This document shows, piece by piece, positions 57,179-64,000 of a DNA stretch of 64,000 bases. Source of the stretch: Candidatus Kryptoniota bacterium (GTDB lineage Bacteria; Bacteroidota; Ignavibacteria; Kryptoniales; JAKASW01). How positions within the stretch are numbered: the first letter of the stretch is position 1; each line of letters starts with the position of its first letter. The DNA lies in the NCBI GenBank assembly GCA_024641705.1, contig JAHECO010000003.1:75826-139825 (forward strand), written 5' to 3'. The notes beneath the pieces are model-generated. The model saw nothing but the letters and a program-made list of their open reading frames with translations, did not search any database and had not been told where the DNA came from. The position numbers and the translations under genes were made by a program.

Positions 57179-58565
57179 GTCCATTACCTCCCTTGTAATC
57201 ATTTCTTTGGATGACATCTCTTGATACCGAATCATTGAACGTCTCCCGTCTTCGCAGGAGCCTGGTCTTGCCAGCATTTATTCCGACGATTGCCGGCCTG
57301 TAAAATCCGAAAGACGACTCGAGAGCCGTGAAGTATGCTCCGCTGTCCATTACGGCGATTACCTCGCCCGGCATGATTGCCGGCATCCGTTTGTTTTTGT
57401 AGACAACGTCGCCGGAAAAACAGGCCGGCCCTATTATGTTCACCGTCTTATTTCTTTTGCGGCTCGTGCCGCTGCACGGGAAGACTTCATGATACTCGTA
57501 GAAGGTCGGCATGGTGACTGTCCCCAACCCACCGTCCGTGATGAGCCACGTCCGTTTGCCAGCTCTTGTCTTCACGTAATGAACCCGGAGCAGGAGGACC
57601 TGGTTCTGGCTCGCGATGGATCTGCCCGGTTCATATATCAATTCGGGGAGCATGTCGGTGCCGATGGCAGATCTCAAAGCTTCAGAGATTTTTGCGAGGT
57701 ATTCGCCGAGCGGATCGGCGGGTTTTCCGGGACGCGGGAGTATCCCGGCGCTCTGGTAAAGGAGCATCTCCGTGTCGGTCATCTCCCACGATGTGGGAGA
57801 AGGAAATCCGCCGCCGACGTCCAGGACTTGCCACTCGAGCCCTTTCCCGCGGACCAGTCTCTGGAGATATGACAGACAGCCTAAAGCACTCGCGTAGTTG
57901 GAGCTTTTTCTTATCCCGGTACCTATGTGAATGTGAAAACCTTTGAAATCTGCGTAACGGAATTTCGCCGCTGAGTCCAACGCTTCTTCTATCTCACCGC
58001 CGGCAAGGTCCAAACCGAACGGGCTTGTCTTTCTGCTTGCCGCAATCGAGCCAGTGTTTATTCTCCCGGGCCTGTATCCCGGGTTCACTCGGAGAAGAAT
58101 GTCTGCCGTTCTCCCGGTTTCCCGGCCGATCTCTTCTATTCGTTGGAGTTCCGCGATAGAGTCGACGACGATGAACCTGACTCCCGACCGGATGCAACGC
58201 AGAAGAAAATCCTGCGTCTTGCAGGGACCGTTCACGATGATCTCCTGCGGTTGATAGCCGAGTTCGAGCGCGAGGGTCAATTCGTATTCGCTCATCACCT
58301 CGGCCTTAAGTCCCGCCCGGCGGACCAGCTCCACTATCCCCGGGACGGAATTGCACTTGAAGGCGAAGTGAACAGAGACCGCACCCGCGTACGTATTTCT
58401 GGCTTCGCTTGTGAACCTCTCGGCATGTTCCGTCAGACGGCGCTCGTTCACGACATGCACAGGAGTACCGAACGACTTCGCCACCTCAGTCAGCCTCACG
58501 CCTTCCATCTGGAGGGAATCGTCCCTGTCGAGCGTAAGGCCGAAATCGGACGGACTCAATTTCAC
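57078..58565 (-). CDS. fold-type III PLP-dependent decarboxylase (Orn/DAP/Arg decarboxylase family)
   Basis: FAFKCN (PLP-Lys), HIHIGTG, DVGGGFP, EPGRSI and CFSGD motifs. The last ~45 codons look non-native and overlap the next gene. Confidence 0.8.
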   Translation of the reverse strand: MKLSPSDFGLTLDRDDSLQMEGVRLTEVAKSFGTPVHVVNERRLTEHAERFTSEARNTYAGAVSVHFAFKCNSVPGIVELVRRAGLKAEVMSEYELTLALELGYQPQEIIVNGPCKTQDFLLRCIRSGVRFIVVDSIAELQRIEEIGRETGRTADILLRVNPGYRPGRINTGSIAASRKTSPFGLDLAGGEIEEALDSAAKFRYADFKGFHIHIGTGIRKSSNYASALGCLSYLQRLVRGKGLEWQVLDVGGGFPSPTSWEMTDTEMLLYQSAGILPRPGKPADPLGEYLAKISEALRSAIGTDMLPELIYEPGRSIASQNQVLLLRVHYVKTRAGKRTWLITDGGLGTVTMPTFYEYHEVFPCSGTSRKRNKTVNIIGPACFSGDVVYKNKRMPAIMPGEVIAVMDSGAYFTALESSFGFYRPAIVGINAGKTRLLRRRETFNDSVSRDVIQRNDYKGGNGHEIRSRKGRYGFAAGRNRRRGHPEVRRKWRRVI

Positions 58566-58658
58566 GGAAGAATCTCCTTTCTGTTGCGCAACAATATCGG
58601 CATCGCGGAAAGCCGCCCTGTCAACGATTTCCCGGATCGGTGTAAAATTTTGGTCATC

Positions 58659-59771
58659 TCAGTCAAGCCGCTTGCCCAGTATCCAGAAATTCTTGTCGCG
58701 CTCCAGGCCGAGCGCTTTCGCGATTCGTACCGCCGGGGAATTATCGTCGTACATCCATGTCGTCTCGAGTGAATCGAAACGGAGGCAAATCCTGCAAAGG
58801 GCGTCGAAGAGCAGCTTCGTGACCTCGGAATGACGGGCCTCCTTCCTGATCCCCGCGGCGTATATGATGAGATTCCTGCTTTGCCTCCTTTCGCGCATGA
58901 GCTGCCAGTAGAGGAGGGGAATCGGCAGTCTCCGGAGCGAGATAAGGAGCGGGTTTATGTCGTATACGCACTGAAGCACCCCGTAAGGCACCCCCTCCTT
59001 TTCCACGATTATGTTGAGCTCGGGCGAGCTGACATATTTGATGTACTTTGCCGTGAAGGCATATTCTTCCCGGCTGACCGGGAGAAACCGCCAGTTGGAT
59101 TCGAAGGCGTCGTTGTAAACCTCCCGCACTTTTGCCAGCTCTCCATCGAGATTCCTCATGTCGAGTTGCCGAGCGTTGAAGCCCGACGATGACGCTGTTG
59201 AGAACGTCGTCCCGAAGTTGCGCGCGACGAATTGACGGATGTCGGGGTTCTTTCTAGTATGGATTTCGAAGGACCGTCTGAAACCGGCGTTCGTCAGAAG
59301 CGCTTCGTAATACGGCGGGTTGTGTGTCTGGAAGAATGCGGGCGGTTTATCGAACGCTTCCGTCTGAAGGCCCAGGTCGGAGTAGTGGTTCGGATTGTAA
59401 GGCCCTTCCAGGATTGCGGCGCCGTTCGCTTTGCAATATTCGCTTGCCCGTCGGAACAGAATCGCCACGGCTTCGGGATCATTCTCGGCCTCGAAGAATC
59501 CGAAGAATGCGATCCCTTCGCCGGTCTTCTCCTTGTAGAGGGGGTTTATGACGACGGCAGTGCGCGCGACGGGATTACCGTTTCTCAGGCAGAGGAACAA
59601 CCGGAGCGACGAGTTCCTGAAGTACGGGTTCTTCTCCGCGTCGAGGGTTTCCTTCACGTATGAACCCGTCGTCGGAATGTAGAACGGATCATCGGCGTAC
59701 AGCCGGGCCGTCAACTTAAAGAAGGCTCGCCTCAGGCTCCAGCTGTTTGCTTCAATGGCTTCGTATCCCAT
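58659..59771 (-). CDS. uncharacterised GNAT-fold-like acyltransferase family protein
   Basis: 370-aa ORF. The N-terminal F..L...LY.DDPFYIP... pattern is seen in proteins usually annotated N-acetyltransferase. Assignment is weak. Confidence 0.45.
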   Translation of the reverse strand: MGYEAIEANSWSLRRAFFKLTARLYADDPFYIPTTGSYVKETLDAEKNPYFRNSSLRLFLCLRNGNPVARTAVVINPLYKEKTGEGIAFFGFFEAENDPEAVAILFRRASEYCKANGAAILEGPYNPNHYSDLGLQTEAFDKPPAFFQTHNPPYYEALLTNAGFRRSFEIHTRKNPDIRQFVARNFGTTFSTASSSGFNARQLDMRNLDGELAKVREVYNDAFESNWRFLPVSREEYAFTAKYIKYVSSPELNIIVEKEGVPYGVLQCVYDINPLLISLRRLPIPLLYWQLMRERRQSRNLIIYAAGIRKEARHSEVTKLLFDALCRICLRFDSLETTWMYDDNSPAVRIAKALGLERDKNFWILGKRLD

Positions 59772-60883
59772 CGCTGCTCCCGTTTATGGATATGTTCCAC
59801 GACGTAATTGTTGTACATGAAAGACCTGTCGGATTCGTGCAGTCTCCCCGCTAATGTCGTATCGGATTTGATAAAGCCGTCCAGCGAGCGGGGGTGTTCG
59901 CGGTGCACGAGGAGGTTTCTGTAAGTCATGACGGCGTTGTCGCCGGCGACACGGATAGTCTCTCGGAGTGTCGCCTCGAACTGATCGGCCGGCATCCATT
60001 CGAAGATGTTCGTGAAATTGAACCTCGTGATGCATCCGCGCGGCAGGCGGGCAAAATAGTCCGCGCACGATCCCGTGACTATCTCCAGGCGGTCGAGATT
60101 CGCCCTGATGCGGTCGTAGTTTTCTCGCTTCAAGTATTCCGGGAGGCTTTCATCGCAGGCGTACCCGCCCAGGAGGATGTACGTGAGGAAGCTGCTTTCG
60201 CGCGGGTTCAAGAAGATGAGAGCCGTTCGAGCCCGTTCCGCGAAGTGATTCCCGAAAGAGAAGCCGGTGTCGAGCTGCGCGAAGAAAGCCTTCGTGAAAA
60301 GAAAACTCATCGTCGACCGGCTGAGAATCACGTTCGTCAGGAACTGCCATCTGAGGTTGTTCCACTTCGAATCGAACACCGATTCACGCCCGGCTGAATC
60401 GCGTGCATCGAACATGCTTTCGATCGCGCTGTCCCCGATCGTCATTCTGAGCAGGACCCGTATCATCTTCATGTATTCTTCGAACCTGCCGGAGTCGATT
60501 ACTCCGTGCTCGATTTTCCCGGCCTGTCCGTCCCAGTAACTCCTGCTATTGCTGCTGAGGCCGCTCCGTATTTTCACGTACAGGCTGCGCCGTCGCGAAG
60601 ATTCCACGACTCCGAGTAATTCCAGCGTCTCGTTGTACTCCAGTCGGCGAAATGCATTCATCTTGAAATCGAGGAGATAGTTCTGAAAGGGATTAAGATC
60701 GAGCGAGATGATCTTCCGCGGGCTATCGGCCAGGAAGGCGAGCACGTTGCATCCGCCGGAGGTAATGGAGAAGACCACGTCGGTGTTCCGGATGCGAAAC
60801 GCTTCTCTGTCCATTGCGGGGTCTTCCCAGCATTGCGCGTAGAGGGTGTCGTCGAAGACGCCCTCTCGCTTGAATGGGTTCAT
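59732..60883 (-). CDS. BtaA-like (DUF3419) S-adenosylmethionine:diacylglycerol 3-amino-3-carboxypropyltransferase family protein
   Basis: YAQCWEDPAMDREAF..V.SITSGGCNVLAFL......I.SLDLNPFQNYLL is the characteristic DUF3419/BtaA N-terminal signature. Confidence 0.7.
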   Translation of the reverse strand: MNPFKREGVFDDTLYAQCWEDPAMDREAFRIRNTDVVFSITSGGCNVLAFLADSPRKIISLDLNPFQNYLLDFKMNAFRRLEYNETLELLGVVESSRRRSLYVKIRSGLSSNSRSYWDGQAGKIEHGVIDSGRFEEYMKMIRVLLRMTIGDSAIESMFDARDSAGRESVFDSKWNNLRWQFLTNVILSRSTMSFLFTKAFFAQLDTGFSFGNHFAERARTALIFLNPRESSFLTYILLGGYACDESLPEYLKRENYDRIRANLDRLEIVTGSCADYFARLPRGCITRFNFTNIFEWMPADQFEATLRETIRVAGDNAVMTYRNLLVHREHPRSLDGFIKSDTTLAGRLHESDRSFMYNNYVVEHIHKREQRWDTKPLKQTAGA

Positions 60884-60884
60884 G

Positions 60885-61646
60885 TCATTCCTCTGCGTTT
60901 GCCGCTTCTTTGCGATCGGCGGTGCCGACGATCGTGTGGATTATCGCCCAGTCGAATACGGCCGGCAGTCCTATCGCAAGAGCGAGGAAGAAATTGTGCG
61001 TGAAAGAGGCGACGATGAAACCGGGGACGAACAAGAGATAAAGCGCGTTGTGACGTACGCCGTCCTTACTGAACGTTACGCTGCGGCTGATGAGAATTGT
61101 CCTGCAGATACTCCTCAAAGTCGGGAAGAAAGGAGGAGTGAATTTCTCGTAAGTGGAGAATTGGAGACGGTATTCCCCGCGCAATTCGGTTTGCTCGTAT
61201 GCGATTAGTCTCCTGTAATGCAACAGGAGGAAAAAGGGGAGCGATACCGCAATCGAGGGCATGACAACGGCAAATCCGCAGAAGGCGGTGAAGTCGGCGA
61301 GGTAAATAGGGTTCCTGCAGAGCGTGTATGGGGGATCGGTAAGGAGGCTGTCCGTCTGGACCTGGAACGCCATCATCCGGTGCGAGCTGAGAGTGCTCCC
61401 CGCCCAGATCCTCAGTGCGCTCGCCGCGACCATGAATACCGCCGCAATGAGATACGCCGCGGATTGCGCCCAGTCCCTCCCAATCCCGAGAAATGAGGAG
61501 AGCGCCTCAAATGGCGAAGGGAGATAATCGAACGTGTTCAGAGAGAGGAGCGCGACGGCTATGACGATTCCGAACGAGACGAAGATCCTGTATTCGAACT
61601 CCAGTCGCAGAACTGCTTCCCGAAAGGATTCTTTCTTCTCAGTCAT
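60885..61646 (-). CDS. membrane methyltransferase of the ICMT/PEMT (phospholipid methyltransferase) superfamily
   Basis: Multi-TM protein with LLTDPPYTLCRNPIYLADF...RLIAYEQTELRGEY. ATG at 61646. Confidence 0.65.
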   Translation of the reverse strand: MTEKKESFREAVLRLEFEYRIFVSFGIVIAVALLSLNTFDYLPSPFEALSSFLGIGRDWAQSAAYLIAAVFMVAASALRIWAGSTLSSHRMMAFQVQTDSLLTDPPYTLCRNPIYLADFTAFCGFAVVMPSIAVSLPFFLLLHYRRLIAYEQTELRGEYRLQFSTYEKFTPPFFPTLRSICRTILISRSVTFSKDGVRHNALYLLFVPGFIVASFTHNFFLALAIGLPAVFDWAIIHTIVGTADRKEAANAEE

Positions 61647-62592
61647 GTTGACTCCCGTTTGATGGAACGTATACCTGGATTGCATTGGGGACTACCGATA
61701 TTTCCGCGGGGAGCGTGCCAAGCATTTCACCGTCAGCTTCGAGAAGTACAGGCCCGGCGGATTCGAGCGTGATACGTTTCCCCTGTCTATATGTGAACCG
61801 CGGCGACTTCAAGTGGTTCGCCGAGTAAATCTTCGGGAGATTAATGAGGCGGCTGAATACGCTCGTAGTCTTGATCAAGAGAACGTCGAGCTTTCCGTCG
61901 TTGAACGTCGCCTTCGGCGTCAGGTTCATGCCGCCGCCCGTGTGTGTGCCGTTGGCGACGACGACTCCGAACATAGGCATTTCATATTCTCCGTCCCCGT
62001 CGATCGAAACCCGCATGTCGAAGTTGCCGAGCGTCAGCGTAAGCCTCAGGGTGGTGAGACCGAAGCCGAGGAAGCCGCTCCTTTTTCTGCCGCTCGCTTC
62101 TATATTCTTCACGACTTGGCCGCCTATCCCGGCCTGGCATTCATTTACGAAGTACCGCAGCCTCCGGCCGCTCCCGTTCTCCTCCCAGCTGACGAGTCCT
62201 ACTTCTATGGCTTTCGTCCTCCCTGATGCTATTACCCGCACCTGCTCGTCCACGGTCGGCGGCAAGCCGAGGCTCTGCGCCAATCCCTGGCCAGTTCCGC
62301 TGCTGACGATTCCGAGCGCGCATCCGGTAGTCGCGCCGTTCCGGGTTGACAGCAGACCGTTCACGATTTCATTTATTGTTCCATCCCCTCCGATGGCGAC
62401 GACGGCATCGTCACCGCCGAGCGCGGCTTCGCGTGCCATGTCGGCAGCTTCATTTCTCCTGGAAGTCGTCCTCACTACGAGCTGCGGACCGAAATACTGC
62501 CTCAGGAACTCAACTACTTTACCGGAAATGATCCGGGTTCGGCCGTTGGCAGACGCCGGATTGACTATTGCGGTGATCTTGCTCGGTTCCAT
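61639..62592 (-). CDS. YegS/DagK-type lipid (diacylglycerol) kinase
   Basis: ITAIVNPASANGR and AIGGDGTINEIVNGL catalytic-domain motifs. ATG at 62592. Confidence 0.8.
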   Translation of the reverse strand: MEPSKITAIVNPASANGRTRIISGKVVEFLRQYFGPQLVVRTTSRRNEAADMAREAALGGDDAVVAIGGDGTINEIVNGLLSTRNGATTGCALGIVSSGTGQGLAQSLGLPPTVDEQVRVIASGRTKAIEVGLVSWEENGSGRRLRYFVNECQAGIGGQVVKNIEASGRKRSGFLGFGLTTLRLTLTLGNFDMRVSIDGDGEYEMPMFGVVVANGTHTGGGMNLTPKATFNDGKLDVLLIKTTSVFSRLINLPKIYSANHLKSPRFTYRQGKRITLESAGPVLLEADGEMLGTLPAEISVVPNAIQVYVPSNGSQHD

Positions 62593-62754
62593 GCTATTGC
62601 TCTCTTGTCTCGACGACATTCTAGGCAACCCGTGCGACGGGAAGGTCACGCCGGGGTCAAGATTCTGTAAAGGAAATCCGTAGCGCGGACCTGCATCCGA
62701 CCGGCTGGAGCTTCGGACGGGGAAGGGGTTGCGCTGCCCGGCTTCGGCTCAACC

Positions 62755-62775
62755 GGGTGGGCCGGTTCGGGTGGG
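62755..62775 (+). other. canonical G-quadruplex motif G3-N1-G3-N7-G3-N1-G3
   Basis: gggtgggccggttcgggtggg, within a 330-bp G-tract-rich divergent intergenic region. Confidence 0.4.
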
Positions 62776-62978
62776 AGGTCTGCTGGGCCGGGTTAGGGCG
62801 GTCTGACCGGGCAAAAAGGGGGGGTACGCGGCAGTGCCCGAAGGAGGTGGATCGCTCCGGTTCCGTCCGCCAGCTAGGGGACGCGTCGTCTGGAGTTTCC
62901 CCCTCACCTTGATTTTGGGGGGCTCCAAAACTATATTTTTAGGCAAAATTCACGAAACACCAAGATTTATGGGAGATT

Positions 62979-63539
62979 ATGGCTACTACCTCTGAATTCA
63001 GACCAGGGTTGACGATTCGTTACAATAACGATTTGTGGACGATTGTGGAGTTTCAGCACGTAAACCCCGGCAACTGGCGGGCATTTGTTCGCGCTAAGAT
63101 GAAGAATATCAAGACCGGACAGGTAATCGAGAACAGGTTCCGCGCAGGGCAGGATATAGATGTGGTCAGGATCGAGCAGCGTAATTATCAGTATCTTTAC
63201 CGCGACGGTGACATGCTGGTGTTCATGGACAACGATACCTACGACCAGATCCACGTGCCGGAAGACGTTGTCGGTGCGGGAAGCAAGTTCCTGAAGGAGA
63301 ACGAGAACATCCAGATTTTCTTCAACGGGACGGAGATTACGGGCGTCGAGATTCCGATTTTCGTGAGTCTCAGAGTCGTTGAAACCGAACCCGGCGTCAA
63401 AGGCGATAGTGTCAACAACGTCATGAAGCCCGCCAAGATGGAAACGGGCGCGACAGTCAACGTTCCTCTATTCGTCAACGAGGGAGAAGTTCTTAAGATA
63501 GATACGCGCAACGGCGCATACGTGGAGCGCGTGAAGTAG
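62979..63539 (+). CDS. efp: elongation factor P
   Basis: 186 aa. FRPGLTIRYNNDLWTIVEFQHVNPGNWRAFVRAKMKNIKTG and the C-terminal OB domains. Confidence 0.9.
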   Translation: MATTSEFRPGLTIRYNNDLWTIVEFQHVNPGNWRAFVRAKMKNIKTGQVIENRFRAGQDIDVVRIEQRNYQYLYRDGDMLVFMDNDTYDQIHVPEDVVGAGSKFLKENENIQIFFNGTEITGVEIPIFVSLRVVETEPGVKGDSVNNVMKPAKMETGATVNVPLFVNEGEVLKIDTRNGAYVERVK

Positions 63540-63707
63540 ACCTGCCACAGAGTCCCGCCGGGACAGGCATGCTTCGAACCTGAAGGCCGGGTCTCCGACG
63601 CTTGCTTGCAGACGATTCGGCGAGAGGTCGGCACGCGCGTACTCCTTCTTCATCCGGAAGTTCCCGCGATCGGGATTGTTCTTCGACACGTTAGCATTGG
63701 AGACTAA

Positions 63708-64000
63708 ATGGACCTTAACTACATCAAGAAGCTCGTCAAGCTAGTAGACGAGAGCGGGGTAGACGAAATAGAGATCGAGGAAGAAGGTGCCAAGATACGG
63801 GTAAGCAAAGCCCGCCACAATTCTTCGGCTGGACAGTTTCCCTTTCCTCAATACGTGCTGCAGGCTCAGGCTCCGTCACAGCCTGTGGCAGCTCCGGTGG
63901 GAAACCCGGGCCCGGCTGTGGAAGGCGCGCTGGCTCCTGCCCCGAAGGCAGAAGGCGTAAAATACCACGAGGTGAAGTCCCCGATAGTCGGGACGTTCTA
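63708..64000 (+). CDS. accB: acetyl-CoA carboxylase biotin carboxyl carrier protein (5' part, runs off window)
   Basis: MDLNYIKKLVKLVDESGVDEIEIEEEG..IRV, a Pro/Ala linker, then the start of the biotinyl domain (EVKSPIVGTF). The efp-accB order is common. Confidence 0.8.
   Translation, partial: MDLNYIKKLVKLVDESGVDEIEIEEEGAKIRVSKARHNSSAGQFPFPQYVLQAQAPSQPVAAPVGNPGPAVEGALAPAPKAEGVKYHEVKSPIVGTF

Noticed and set aside
62810-62910. SRP (4.5S) RNA: G-run at the 5' end, CCCCCUCACC at the 3' end, and an internal CCCGAAGG loop
   Set aside because: The highly conserved SRP domain IV elements (GGAA-type tetraloop context with ..AGCA.. / ..GGAAGCAGCC..) are not present on either strand. The RNase P, tmRNA and 6S signatures I know are also absent.

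Overview
This is a 64-kb chromosomal segment from a moderately GC-rich bacterium. Hand counts of sample 60-nt lines give about 55-60% GC in core genes. It is probably an FCB-type lineage: a secreted 5'-nucleotidase ends in a T9SS-type C-terminal sorting domain, and the window also has a sigma-54 activator and a multihaem cytochrome. About 70 protein genes are supportable. I saw no rRNA, tRNA or CRISPR array. All functional calls rest on motif recognition by eye in the supplied translations; no database search was possible. Layout: (1) 0.4-16.7 kb is housekeeping and metabolic: PEBP lipoprotein, AlaA-like aminotransferase, mnmE, mnmG, murQ, mfd, msrA, GNAT/nitrilase fusion, SDR, GH36-like enzyme, DUF3795. 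(2) 16.7-21.8 kb is a mosaic insertion hotspot. It holds a low-GC methyltransferase cassette with a decayed NgoMIV-like endonuclease relic, a 12 x 21-bp tandem array, a RAYT-type Y1 transposase, and a toxin-antitoxin cassette with a nonsense-mutated toxin. Each cassette is bracketed by its own direct repeats. (3) 22-32 kb holds assorted metabolic genes and an ECF sigma factor. (4) 32.4-41.7 kb is a cluster headed by a PAS/sigma-54 activator. It contains three NifX/NifB-type paralogues, DUF5320 and Zn-ribbon mini-proteins, def, an octahaem cytochrome c, a radical SAM enzyme, pdaD and a peroxiredoxin. (5) 42-50 kb holds envelope and miscellaneous genes plus decayed repeat-rich DNA. (6) 50.1-51.4 kb is a low-GC two-gene islet with a nuclease-like protein. 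(7) 54.2-62.6 kb is an eight-gene minus-strand operon around a BtaA-like enzyme and is a candidate novel aminolipid pathway with an ABC exporter. (8) efp and the start of accB lie at the right end. Two perfectly identical 129-bp MITE-like elements and a second hairpin repeat family are also present.
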